A stretch of 64,000 nt of DNA from the human T2T-CHM13v2.0 reference genome, Homo sapiens (GCF_009914755.1 NC_060936.1); one strand, 5' to 3'. Shown: positions 1-13,949, counted from the first letter of the stretch. Program-made: numbers and translations. The notes: generated from the letters alone by a model not told the origin.

Positions 1-809
1 CATTTATTTTGTTATCTGGGACATTGATTGTTTTCAAGAATTATTAGGGAGAGGGATTAGAGGGATTAGTTCACCATTCTTCCTAGTCAGACCACTAGCT
101 GTTAAGTCATTTCCAGAAGTAGCCAAAGTGTATATTTAATTGAAATTGCTTGCATATGAAAATAATTAGCATTAATATTGCAATAGGAGTTATGTTACAG
201 TGTGTGGACATAAATGTCTTCATATGATTACATTGTAGTAAACTCATAGTACTATTACCATAGAATACTCTGTAATATTCAGAGTGAAGAGGAATTTTAC
301 AGATGAAATGCAAGGGTAGTCATGATACTAGCCACACATACTTAGGTAATTAATTATCACCACTATATGTATTTTTATAGAGAATCAATAAAAAGAAGCT
401 ATAGCCAATATTATGTAGAAATAAAAACGTATACAGCATTTTAAGTCCTTGCACTATAGTAGGATGCTAATAAAACCATACAGGTACATGAAAATACTGC
501 TTACCTCTGTTAAAGTCAGCAGAGTCATAACCATTCTTCAAACTTTATTTCTAATAATAGAAAAAGTATCCATTTCATATCAAAAGAAATTTGCAATTAA
601 AATAGTCAAATATATTTGACTATTGCAGAACTTGTGTCAAAAACATGTATAGATGTTCTAATATGCTTTATATATTTAAACCAGAAGGTAGACAATTAAA
701 CAGTTGTTTTTATTTTTTAATAATAATGGTGAGCAATGTATAAGACATGCCCTGCCTTAAGTGATATTATTATTGGTCTATTTATTCATTTAATTATACT
801 TTTGTATCT

Positions 810-975
810 AGTTCAGGAAATCATAACCTGGAGTCTATGAACAGGCTTTAAGGGATCCATGGACCACCAGAAATTGTACATAAAATTCTACGTGTATGTA
901 CCTTTTCCTGGGAAAATGATTTGTAATTTTCATAAGATTTTCGTAGCCAGCAATGTCCCACAAGGCATTAAAAAG
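810..975. mobile_element. Old hAT/Charlie-type DNA transposon (MER) fragment
   Basis: Resemblance to MER-type MITE consensus (aacctggagtctatg...gggatccatg...cataagattttc); heavily diverged. Confidence 0.35.
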
Positions 976-2422
976 CTAATCTATTTTTTATTTCCCCATC
1001 TAGATCAAGACCCTCTAATAAAATAAATTGAAGAGATGATTATTCACTTTATGCAAAAGAATAAAATACTAATAAATTTCATGTAGTTAAATCTAATAGC
1101 ACATTTAGATTGTGAATTGCTTTTAAAAGATTCGATTTGCACTCAACCCTTCAAAATTACATGTTTGTAAAAAATATTAAATATGTTATGTAGTAGACAG
1201 TAGAAATCTATAAGAACTTTCCATATTTGAGATGGACTAATTTTAATCCATATTCAGATATTGGTAATCTGAACTGCAGCTGCTGAAATTAGTGGTGCAA
1301 TGAGAAGGACAGTAAACACAGTAGAGGGGAAAGCAATTTCATCTGAGGATCGCTAAAAAATTTTTTATAACAAAATTATTTCTGTGTATAAATGATTATG
1401 CCTTATCAGAGAAGACTGAAACAAAAGTATAAATATTTAGACATAATTAAGATTGTGGATTTCTTTTAGCCTACATCACACTGAAGGAAATGAATACATA
1501 GTAAGAACAGTGTTGCTGCCCTAATCAACATGTGTGTGTGCGTGTGTGTGCATGTGTGCACGCATTTGTAATTGTGGGTGGAAAAGGGTGAGTATATGCA
1601 TACAGCATGATGAAAGCAATTTCTATCAGAAAAGAAGTGTGTTTTAATTTATTCCTTGCCTTTTTATTGTATATTGAGCTTAGAATGTAAGCAGTCAAGT
1701 AGTTAAATCTGAATGCCTCTAAATATAAAACTAAAATTAAATGTAGGAAAAATATAGTCAATGGAAAATGTAGCATTGGATCTGATTTCTTGGGGCCTTT
1801 TACTGAGAGAAAACACTCCCGCTGTGAGTTTTTTGTGTCATGTATGGTAGGATTTAGAAATGAAGAAAGCAGTGGCAATTGTCGCCAAAGAAAAACAATC
1901 TGTAGAAAATGTCCCCGATAATAAGATATGAACTATTGTAATTCTGTAAAAGCATAAATGTGTACTTATAGAAAGCTATAGCACTTTAATTTATTTACCA
2001 TATAACTGGGTCCAAAGATGCTTGAGGAAAAGAGGCCAGTAAAGTTGCATGCATTGTCTAATCCTCCAGCTCTGCAAACAACTTCAAATCATGAGATTGT
2101 ATTGACCATGTAATTTTCACTTTTCTTTTCCAAAGTTGGCTTTTATATGAGTTATATCTGTTAACTTTGGCAACATTTCTGTTAGTCTTTCTATAGTATA
2201 GAGATTATTTTTGCAAGAGTAACATTTCTTCAAATGCTGTTGTCCAGGAGGTCTAACATATAAAATCGAAGATGAAGATAAATAAATAAACATTTGTGTC
2301 GTCACAACCCTGGCAAAAGCAGATTATCTACTCTGAAATAGGACACCTTCAACCAGCCCCCTAAGGATTCTAACAAATTTAGATAAATAAAATATGAATC
2401 TATATAAAAAATGAAAATTGAT

Positions 2423-2562
2423 GGCCAGGTGTGGTGGCTAACAACTGTAATCCCAGCACTTTGGGAGGCCAAGGAGTGCGTATTGCTTTGAGACCAGCCT
2501 GAGCAACATGGCAAAAAACCCGTCTCTACCAAAAATACAAAAATAAGCTAGGCATGGTGGCA
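2423..2562 (+). mobile_element. Truncated old Alu (left arm plus start of right arm)
   Basis: ggccaggtgtggtggct...tgtaatcccagcactttgggaggcc...gagaccagcctg...aaaaatacaaaaa; no 3' tail. Confidence 0.85.
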
Positions 2563-3798
2563 AGAGATTAAAATGCTATGCTTGATATGATGACATTTAA
2601 ATAACTTATAGAAGATTTTAGTGAAAGTTTATTTTTTTCCTATGAAGAACACATATTGACCTCAATTTTCCAATTTTCCAAATAATATTGTTGGTGAAAG
2701 GAGTAATTTCAGAATCACCCCTTTAAGACAGGGGTTTGTATAATATACCTGAAGGAATTTAGAACTTAAATCACTATAGATTACTTAATATTTAAGAGGC
2801 CTTAAATATGTTGCGTTATGTTTAAAATGTTTAAAATATTTATATTTTAAAATGTTAATATTAATATTTAAAATGTTAATATTTAAAGGTCTTAAATATG
2901 TTGCCTTATATTGCCTTAGCTTTAAAATAAGAACCAGGTATTACACTTCAGATGTTTTTAGGCTTCTGGTATAAAAGTCTACATTAAGAGTATTGATACA
3001 AATTTCCTCTGTTGTTGCAATAAAATTTTTATTTCTTAGGTCCCATAAAAGTATATTTCGGGTTGCCTCGTCAAAGTAAGTGTCTGATGCTTGTGAACAG
3101 CCCTGTATGAATATTTTTTAGCAAACAACATTTCTAAAGCTCTTCAGCTAAAAGAGTGTCATTTAGAGGCAAGAGTTTTGCAGGATTTATACAGCAAGAT
3201 TTATTTTGGAAACCTATGTGCAGCTTGCCAAATCTAAATTCTCATTCATGAGTGCACCTTTGGACAACATTCAAAAATAGACCATAAAATTAGGCCCCAA
3301 ATGAAAAAGAAATTAGGCTTTAACTTGTACATGTATTACCACTTTCTCTGGTATTTCTGATGTATTATAAATATTTTGGCAATGCTTCTGGCTAAGGAAC
3401 ACTTTCCTGCCACCTGGGTGAACAAAACATGTTTGCCACTGAAATTGCCAAAATAGAAAATGCAATTAAGATTATATCTTATATACTATATATTTGTTTA
3501 CATCTTATGTGTTACATTAAATGACGTTTGTTCACTCAAATCTGAGTTTAAAAACAAACAAAAGAAAAAGAAAACGACTTTGCTATCTAAACTTTTTCTT
3601 TTGGCCTGGTTCTCAACTCTAACATATGCTGTATAGAATTTTAAAATGTTTTGGAAAAAGAGTAGCTGAAACTAAAGCAAATGATATGAAAACTCTGTAA
3701 ATCATTTTCTCCTCAAAAGAAGTTTGTGTTGTTTACATTATTACATTAGAAGCTTATTTATTTAACCTTACGTGGACTTGTATTTAGGTGAAAACACC

Positions 3799-3841
<43 letters not shown>
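3799..3841. repeat. (TG)n microsatellite
   Basis: About 21 GT units with one interruption. Confidence 0.95.
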
Positions 3842-3842
<1 letters not shown>

Positions 3843-5278
3843 ATGCAGCTTTCCACTTTATTTCTAAGGAAAAAATACAGTTACAGAATGGAGAGAGATA
3901 TTAGTTAGAGGTCATCTTTATTGATATACCCTGTTAAGGTTTTTATTGCTTAGCCTAATGACGTGGTTACCAGATTTTTTCTTAAGAAGGCTATTTAGTT
4001 GATTACTAAACCACTTTTAAACTCTTGGATAAGTTAAAGTAACACGGTCGAACAAATAAATAAGCCAATAAGCCTGATGGAAGCTGTCAGTATACGTTTT
4101 AGCTGGAATAATATTGCAGTATTTTAAAGTACTATAATAGTTGCCTAAAGGTCTTTTCTATGTAAAATGCTCTTGGGTATTTTACTCCCAGCTGGTTTAC
4201 ATTAGCAGAGTTAATATCCAGAGTATCCCACTCTTCACTGTCCAGACAAAATTAGTTCTGAAGCATTTACTTGGAGATGATGGTCCAGGAAAATTAGTAT
4301 TCTTTTTTTGTAAGAAATATGGAATAGATAAACATTTTCTTTCTCTAAGATAAAAGTGTTCTAATGGTCCTATTATTGGCAAATCATGTGTTAGTTACGT
4401 CTTTTCTCCTTCCCACTTTTTCACAGTAACTATATGAAATCTCTGCATTTATGTTCAAATTTGAAAATACAATTTTAAATGTAGAACTAATCCTATGGGT
4501 TATCTAGAAAGTTCCTACCCCTTCATTTAACAACTTGGACTCTGAGAGAAAGAGTTCCTCCCCTGTATTTTCCATCTACATGGTGGCAAACAATAATCTT
4601 GGGACCCCAGTCCAGTCTTCTCATTGTACTAGACTTTCTCCAGAAAGTATGGATAAATAAAATCTATAGTTAATTTCTAAAACTCACTATACCAGAAAGA
4701 TTATCAAGTCTATTCTGGAGCTGGTAGGACAAATTCTTTTACTAATTTTTACTAAATAGTAAAAGTTATTGATTTCAGTTTCTGCTCTTTTCTCTTTCTG
4801 TTCCTACTATCTGGCATATGCTAATACAAAATATATAATTTTTAAAACATTGTAGGAAAAATAAAGCCAAAGACATGCATTATAAACAGATGTAATCATT
4901 AATTCTTGGATTATTTAGGGTTCTATTTGCATGACTAGCTCAGGGACCTTGGATATTAGTGAGGGCCACAGGACCGCATGTTGCCATGTGAAAAGTTTGT
5001 GTAACTCTTGGTGCTAAATCAGATTTTAAGCTTCTGTGGTATCTGGCATAAATGTTCACATTGTGTTCAAGAATCCTTACATTCAACATATTCTTAAATA
5101 AGCAAATATGGCTTTATGTTTGAAATTATTATTAAGGTATGGCAGGCCAAAATAAATTAAAAAGGACTTTTAAATTAAGCAATTTAAGTATTATGTAGTT
5201 GAGAAGAATAGACATAAAAGTTCTATATAATATACACACAAAGTTAAACAGGCGTGTAAGTATACACACCTCATCACA

Positions 5279-5279
<1 letters not shown>

Positions 5280-5320
<41 letters not shown>
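5280..5320. repeat. (CA)n microsatellite
   Basis: About 20 perfect CA units. Confidence 0.95.
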
Positions 5321-5324
<4 letters not shown>

Positions 5325-6324
5325 GCATTGGAAGAGATCCAGGAAAGAGACGATCATATAAAGGCAGAAAGATCTGGGTCCAAATCATCACAGTCAAATC
5401 AAAGAGAATGGTTGAGGTAGTTGTTCAAGTATTTGGGGCAGAAAAACACACATTTACCTCAGATATTTGGATAATTGCCTCCACTTTCCACTTGCTCTGG
5501 CCAACGAAGTCTTGCCACAGAGACAGACTAGAGATTCCATCTCATCAGCCTTGCAGAACTGAGACAGGAAAATGGTCCTTGCTGCCCACACTGGCTGGAA
5601 CAATGACAACTGGGCGCCATTCTGAGCCATCCTGACCCCACTCTGCACTAACCACAGCAATGCATCCATTGATAGCAAAACCTGCCTAGAAATTAAGCCT
5701 TCCCCTTCCCACTGAGAATCAACAAATTCAGATCAAAGAAATACGACTGGGCTGGTTCTCCATAATTGTAATACACAAAAGCTAAAATATTGAGCTGAAA
5801 TGCATATTTGGTTATAACAAATGCAGAATTTAGAAAATTTAAAGTCAGAACTTAGTGGTTATTTAAACAAAAACTCTAGTAAAAATGACAGCTTTCCCAA
5901 TTACTTCTGGAATTTTAAAGTACATCAATAATTTGAAATTGTATTTTTCAATGCAAGTTCAGCGTAAATTGAGGTACACTCAAGAATTTTTTCAAATATG
6001 GCCACAAAATAGGTAATTCACTCAGAATGATTCACATTATTTTAAATTTTAAGATAGGTCTTGAAAATTATCTAGATGAACACTTCATCTTACAAATTCA
6101 AAACTTAAAATATAAGGATAAGAAGATACTATGTTATGCGCTAATATAAATTTAGATTTTTCTTTCCCTCCACACTAGAGTACAGTGAGAAAAGCTCCCG
6201 TGGAGGATTTCTTCTTTTCTGCAATTAATTACTCCCGGGTCTCTTATAATCAAACTGGTCAGCTTTTGGCAAACTGGAATTTCTTTTTTTGCTGCACATT
6301 TAGTGTGTACCCATGGCTCCCTTA

Positions 6325-6480
<156 letters not shown>

Positions 6481-6481
6481 C

Positions 6482-6795
<314 letters not shown>

Positions 6796-7319
6796 AACCC
6801 TTCTACCACTCAGTTTGATTCCAGGGAGACAGTAGGAAAGCTTTACAGAACTTAGCAGGCCTTGGGAGCTTTTAGACACTGCATGCATTTCAGTGCTCCA
6901 TAGTGATTCATACATCCATGCGTATTTACCAGATAATTATGCCAAATTAGGCTACAATTATGCCAATAATGTCAAAGTTCAAGAGCAATACAGATAATCA
7001 GAGATACCTACAAGTCTCGAAGAATATGAATAAATGGCAATTAATTCATATTTTGAAAGTAATTGTGATTTATGTTGGTAAAATACTACATTTTTCCAAC
7101 TCAAATCTTTAGGCTGTGAAAAGGTATTTATATAAAATGATGAATATAAAATGAAAATAAAGATATATAATTATATAATTTAATATATAATGACAGAATG
7201 TAACTACATAGCATGTTATAATAAAATATATATTATATGTCATATAACATGTATTGATTATATCATAAAATGATATATAACATTTATTAAAGACATTGTT
7301 TACCAGATTTAATTTTAAA

Positions 7320-7460
7320 GGACAGGTATTGTTACTGTATTATATTCATTTTACACATGAGAAAATTGAATCTAATGAGGCTAAGTTAATCACTAAAGGT
7401 CACAAAGCTACTAAGTGGAAGAACAAGGTTTGAATGCAGACAGTCTAATTTCAGGTAGAA
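7320..7460 (-). mobile_element. MIR fragment
   Basis: Core motif attttacacatgagaaaattgaa...aaggtcacaaagctactaagtgg. Confidence 0.6.
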
Positions 7461-9885
7461 CACCCAGCTCATGGCTGTAGCACACTATAACTAAAACTTA
7501 ATTCAAATATATTCAATGTGATAAAATAATCAGTGTGGAAAAGCTAAGCTGCTGGCCTTTTACTTTCTTGGCAATAAATGTTTATTCTATAGAGTGTCAC
7601 TGATACTGATCTTGCTATTTTATTTTTGCTCATGTTATATTTATGGCTGGCCTATTACAAGGGAAACTATAGTAGTTATTTTTTTTTCAGCTACTCAACT
7701 TTACACAGTTATAATTACAATAGCAAAACCAATAAATGAATTGTACTAGATGGCTTGAAAGCTTGATTTTATAATGTGCTCTTTGGCCTAAAAATAGGTA
7801 AATGAAATTTTGATGTGTGTTTTCCTGCTTTTTAAAATAATGTATAATTCATACAGTTAAAAATAGTTCATTCAGAATATTTAAATATCTTAGATTATAA
7901 TGTCTACACTTATAGGATTTTCCTATAAATTTTACCACGTCATCCTACAAAATTGCTGTGAGGTGGTAGTACAAGGACTGTTATTCCCATTTCATAGGCA
8001 AAGGAAGTTTAAAAAAGAAAAAAAATATATTTTCAACTATCAGTTATAAAGCCAGAATGTGGCCAGATACTAGTGTTCCAAATTCAACTACATGAATATG
8101 CTTTTCCCTTCTTGATGTTTAATGTTCCCAAAGACAGAAGTCAGACCATATAATTTTGTATTGTGCATCTCTATCATTGTTGGTACATGGTTTGTCAAAT
8201 TAATTAGGTAATTCCCTCAAAACACTCTGAGTTATTGATAATTCCAAGTTAAGTTAGAGAGTAGAGTAACATTTTAGCTCGTTTAAAATTAGAATTTCAT
8301 TAATAGTTTCCCTTTTCAGCTCATTTTACTAAATAAGACAAAAACACCTTAGCCTCATTGCTGAAAATATAACCAAGAAAAAACTTAACGACGTAAAATC
8401 CCTTTCGAGCAGTTTTATTACCTATGATTTTTGTGCAGTCTGCCATTTCCAGTCTCGTGACTATGCAGTGCTTTCTTGAGGGAGCCTTTTGTGGGCTTGC
8501 TTTCCACCCAGTTTCTGGAAATTTAATTTGGTCACAAAAGTTTGGGCATATTAGAATGAAGGAAACTCAGAAAAAGCTTTTACCCTCTAAACTCATCATC
8601 GGTTTATGAAGCTACAGAGAGATTTTAGTGCTTTTGAATTCCTACAATAGCTTCTCCAACTCTAATTGTCACTACTGGGATTAAATGAAACATACACAGA
8701 GAGAGAAAGAAATGTTTAAGTATTCTGCAACTGACGCTTAGCTAGGATACCCCATTAGATCAGAGCAGCAAGGCACAGTTCTAAATCTTTTCTCTGCCAG
8801 AGTGCTTTTCCATCATCATGTTTAACTGTACACTATACTCTCATAACTGATTGCAGATTTTGGCATAAATCCAAAAAAACCTTTTTCCCCTAAAAAGCAC
8901 AACACTATTTTAATTGTTATTTGCTTAATGCCAGCTAACAGTGATGATCATTGTGTGGACATGGGAAGACATAAGGGAGTGGCTGAGGTTCATGTGCATT
9001 TTCCAGGGCACCCCTGAAGAGCCAACACCTTCACCTAAAAGTGCATTGGGATGCAAGTGAGTGAGAGTTAGCATGCTACCAGGATAACTTTGAATCCACT
9101 TTATCCTTTGGGAAAAAAATGCAGAAACTTCTGAATTCTCAATCTTATTAGTAGCAAATTACTTGTGACACACCAGAGTGTAGAGATCCCTTGTGTAATT
9201 ATTCCCAGAATGGTCTAACGTCCGTCACTCTGAAGAACCCACTTCTGAGCATCTGCTTCCTGCACTCTTAGCGACTCTCAATAATGAGAGCTTGACCCCG
9301 CCCCTCCTTCACACATTCCTGAGAATTTCTCGAGAAGAAAGGAACTGTTACTGATAGAAATATGTCAGATCCCGCTGATGTGTAGGGTCTAAGCAACTTG
9401 GAGGACCACTATTTGATATCTTTCTACATTGTCTGGTAGATACAGTGACTAATTCAAGGAAATGGCACCCCTCTCTGGAGGAGTTTAGGAAGGCTCCCTT
9501 GGTGACTGTTCACAGCACCCCCTTTTCAGACTTAAAATCTCAAATCACAGATAAGCAAACTCTGGTAAAATACCAAAAACTACCCAAACTGCGTTCAAAA
9601 GAAAAAAAAAAGAATATATCTAAAATTAGGATTTTCAGTTCTCATCAAAAGGATTTAAAATTTTATATGCTTAAAATGTCAAATGTCTTACGACCTTTTT
9701 TTTACTATTTACCGTAAGGACTGAATTTACAACAAGCAGTCAGCATAGGCAAGTTTTCCTAGTTTCCGTTTCTTCTATTTAAATAGCTATCTCCAGGGGG
9801 CAGTAGTGGCTATAAAATGGTATAATTCTAATAATAACTATCCTTAGTTATGCGTAGGGGAATGAGGTAGGTGATCACTCTGTTA

Positions 9886-10014
9886 ATTACATGGTTTTCT
9901 ATAACAATATTGCTGTATTAATATACACATACTGTTGTTAAATGATTACATGGTTTTCTATAACAATATTTCTGTATTAATTTACACATACTGCTGTTAA
10001 ATGATTTGCATGGT
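9886..10014. repeat. 59-bp tandem duplication (about 2.2 copies)
   Basis: attacatggttttctataacaatatt... starts at 9886, 9945 and, partially, 10004. Confidence 0.9.
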
Positions 10015-10714
10015 GTGATCTAAAAGCTGTGGCCTTTGGTATTAGGTAAATCGATTAGATATCCACTTTGCCTACCTAACCTATGGTCTTAGGCTAGTCT
10101 ATTAATCACTGTAAGCCTCAAGTTCCATATTTATGAAAGAGAATATGAGTAGTTACAGTCCATACATTGTTCATGGCAACTTTTTATAAACATTGTCCTT
10201 TACTTCCTTCCCTTTACTATGAATGTATATATCGACATAAGAAATAAATAAAATATAACTCAAGACACAGTTCTCACAAAACAGCCTTAACCGTTGATTA
10301 ACTTTTTCAAACCATTGCTTCAATCTATCCTTATTACTTTTATTCTTAGAAGTCTTCAAGGCATAACCATATGTTTCAGTAGATAGACTTGCACTCTGTG
10401 GAATGAAATTTACAAAGGATCCACGAGATTTGTTTCATTTATTTGTTTTTTGAGGAGAGACTTCAGTTACAACGCTTGCTCCTTAGAAAGTCAGTCACTG
10501 TGTATGAGGGAAAGGTTTTAATTGGGCCACAGCTTGTGGCATCGGTCTTCTCCCTTTGGCCCCCCGTCCTCAGTGTGTAGGGGAAGATACCTTTCTGTGT
10601 TTATTCTTTCACCTTACCCATCAAGGAAATAGGGCAAATCCCCCAAGTGCATGGCTTCCTGCCCCTAATTGGGCATCCACACTCTCCCTTCAGCCTTGAT
10701 CTTTCCTCTTGCAG

Positions 10715-10794
10715 GTAAAAACAGAAAAGGTGGAGAGAAAAACATGGTGGATTCCTTTCTCCCCGTCTGTGCAAGCCTGCCTCCAACCTGGTGA
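10715..10794 (+). CDS. CNTN1: CNTN1 alternative terminal coding exon (short Ig-only isoform C-terminus (G)KNRKGGEKNMVDSFLPVCASLPPTW*)
   Basis: Pyrimidine tract plus acceptor (ctttcctcttgcag, AG at 10713-10714). The phase-1 reading gives (G)KNRKGGEKNMVDSFLPVCASLPPTW-TGA (10792-10794), which I recall as the alternative C-terminus of the truncated contactin-1 isoform. Same phase as the 20161 exon it replaces. Confidence 0.85.
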
Positions 10795-11689
10795 TCGTTG
10801 ACACTCACCATTTCTGTGAAAGACTTTTTTTTTTTTAACATATTATACTAGATTTGACTAACTCAATCTTGTAGCTTCTGCAGTTCTCCCCACCCCCAAC
10901 CTAGTTCTTAGAGTATGTTTCCCCTTTTGAAACATGTAAACATACTTTGGGCATAAATATTTTTTAAAATATAACTATAATGCTTCACTAATACCTTAAA
11001 AATGCCTAGTGAACTAACTCAGTACATTATATAATGGCCAAGTGAAAGTTTTGTGTTTTCATGTCCTGTTTTTCTTTGAAATTATATAGCCCAGAAATTA
11101 GCTCATTATCTGAAAAACGTATGAAGAACTGATGAATTGTATAATACAGGAGTATTGCCATTGAATGTACTGTTTGATTTATTCAAGCAGGTAATGAACA
11201 ATGTTGTCAAACTCTCTAATGAGACATCATAATTAGGACATAAGCTAAAAGGGGCATTACTCCGGCAGTCTTTTTTTCTTAATCCTAGTACCATACATAT
11301 TCTTTGGCATGAAAGAATGAAAAGCATTAGTAAACAACTGAAGTCCTACCATGGCTCTGTAGGGTTTTTGGAACAATTCCTGGAATTGGAAAGTGAAAAT
11401 GGATAGCATGTGGGGGAAACCCTCATCTGAGTAGCAAGATTTTAGTAAAGATGACTAAGCCATTAACAGCATGCATTCATATTTAATTTTATTGACTCCT
11501 GCCATCAGCTTTTGTAGATCTTTTGGGTGGAAGGTTGTGATTTTTACTGGGAGGACTTGAGTAGAAGTGGATGATTAAAATTGAGGAGTATATAATTCTT
11601 TCTGGGACTGCTTAAATGTTATTGTTTGAAAATGCCTTCACTTTCCCCCTTTGGTCAAAGAGATGTGCTTAAAATTCTTATTCCTTCAC

Positions 11690-11892
11690 AATAAATAATT
11701 TTGATTTTCTTAGACAGGTTTGTGTTTAGGTATGAGTTTCTCTTTTACTTCATCTAGCAATTCTCTCTGTGGTCAGAAGAACTCTGAAGAAAGCTTTGAG
11801 GGAAATGAATATAACTCTTAAATTATTATATGTGTGTGTATATATATAGTTTAACTTTAAAAATAATTTATTAGTCATCATAAAGAAATAAA
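11690..11892 (+). terminator. Candidate polyadenylation signals for the alternative terminal exon (AATAAA at 11690-11695 and 11887-11892)
   Basis: Two AATAAA hexamers about 0.9 and 1.1 kb after the stop codon, each followed by T/GT-rich sequence. Which one is used is not determinable from sequence. Confidence 0.55.
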
Positions 11893-12142
11893 TGTCTCTG
11901 GCTCAAGATGTTACTTATTTCCTTCTTTTATATTTTCTAGTCTCAATTACTGTTCCAAAAGGAGCTATCTTAGAACTTAGACTAGAGATCCAGATTAATT
12001 GCCATTTTTGTAAGATGTTTAAAATCAATTTGAGAATTTTCATGTGTCTGTAAACAGCACCATGGAGACATGTATGAATCGTATTAAGGGCATCTTTCCA
12101 TGTAGTCCATACTGAAATTATACAACCAAGACCAGATAGGAA

Positions 12143-12276
12143 TATTTTTTATTTTATTTTATTATTACACTTCAAGTTTTAGGGTACATGTGCACAATGT
12201 GCAGGTTAGTTACATATGTATACATGTGCCATGCTGGTGTGCTGCACCCATTAACTCATCATTTAGCATTAAGTAT
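12143..12276 (-). mobile_element. Short 5'-truncated young L1PA 3' end
   Basis: T-rich tail followed by agttttagggtacatgtgcacaatgtgcaggttagttacatatgtatac...cattaactcatcatttagcatta, the reverse complement of the L1PA 3' terminus. Confidence 0.92.
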
Positions 12277-13612
12277 TTTGTTTTTTAAAGAAATAATAAA
12301 AATTCTAAAGGAAATCATAGGACAGATGTGACTTGTACCAGAAAGGGAAGGACAACCTTAAACTATATCAATATCAAGTAGAAGAATTATACAGGTTCAT
12401 TTATCTTCCTTTAGTCTTGTTCTTATTTCTAACTGGGATCTAAATTTACCTTTATCAATATCAGAGGTTAAGAAAATTACCATATTCCTATTAAATGGTA
12501 GAGATATTTAATAAGATTCAGCTTCATCTTAGTACAACTTCAAACATCAACATGATCAGAAAACATTGATTTATATTTTAAAATAGGATATTGGAGCCAT
12601 TGTCTTAGATAATTTTCAAGGCAAGAACAAGCCTGCAATAAATAATGAGACTTTGACATTCCTTGGCGAAGAAGATGTCTCCTGCCCTAATATGACTGTC
12701 ACTCAGCAATTTCAATTTTATGTTTACTTGATTTAAAAAGGGAGGATAAATTGTTCTGAAAAGTTTTTTGTTTCCTTAACATTTCAAAGTTTTCATTGAA
12801 ATTTGTTGTTTTGGTAAAAATAAACAGTTAACTACAGAATATTTTTACGTGGTGCTTTGCTTTTAATTACTTACTAGGGAATTACCAGTGGAAAAAAGAA
12901 TGTCACCAGTGTTTTTCCTACTTACACCAGTTCTGCAGCATGAATATTTATATTAAATGTATGTGCTATATGAATTCCCCAAAGGGTCAGTAGTTTTGGG
13001 GGGTTTATTTCCAACTATAGTTGTTTAGAAAGCCAGTGTTTAAGAGGGAGAGAGCAGGTTAGGGCTACTATCTAAGTAGTGGCACCAACTCAAATGATAC
13101 GTGGGGTGTAGTCACAGCTACTTTACATCCTGTTTATAAATTGAGACACGAGGATCTTAATTTCTAGTCTTCTATCCAATTTGATTTATCAAAAAAATGA
13201 ATCTTGATTATTGATTAAGAAAATATGGTCAGCTTACTATGTGTGAATGGTCATTTGGAAAATTTATATATTGTTTTCTCACTATCCTTCCTCAAATGTC
13301 TAAATTCCTCTTCATTGAATGTTACTACATTTTTAAAGCAGAAATGACAGAACTGATTAACTATATTTCTCCTCATTTTTAAAAATTAGTTTACATATGA
13401 ATGAAAACTGAGTAAAAATCAAATCTATATTTTGTTCATACATAGGTATGTTTTTCTAAAAACATTAGTAAAATCCAGGAAAGATTACCAAATATATTTA
13501 TAGCAATCAATAAAGAGTGGGAATGTATTGAATATGAATTTATAAATGGATGATGTGTTTATCTTTACTTATCTGAGTTAACACTGAAACAAAGATTTAA
13601 AAAGGCATGATT

Positions 13613-13719
13613 GGCCAGGCATGATGGTACACACCAGCACTTTGGGAGACTGAGATGGGATCACATAAGCCCAGGAGCTCAAGGCCAGCCCAGGCAACGT
13701 GGTGAAACCTCATCTCCAT

Positions 13720-13751
<32 letters not shown>

Positions 13752-13755
13752 AAGC
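13613..13755 (+). mobile_element. FLAM / Alu monomer
   Basis: Left-monomer sequence with (AAAAAT)n tail; TSD-like aaaaaggcatgat / aaaaagctatgat. Confidence 0.85.
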
Positions 13756-13949
13756 TATGATCAGTATGTTACAGTTTTTGTCATATTTTCCAAAATATTC
13801 ACTTGTATACAAGTAATTCATATTCTTCCCAAAAAGAAAAGTCAGCAACGGAAACCTAATAACATTTTTGAATGTGATACTGACAATGCTGTTTTAAAAA
13901 TATTGTTTTTAGGATAGTTGTTGAAAATTTGGTCTCATGACAAATTGAT

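Noticed and set aside
5132-5420. CVCVCV / HTHTHT ORFs
   Set aside because: Read-through of the (CA)n microsatellite.
7910-7928. Short hairpin ttatagga-ttt-tcctataa
   Set aside because: An 8-bp stem is expected by chance in AT-rich DNA.
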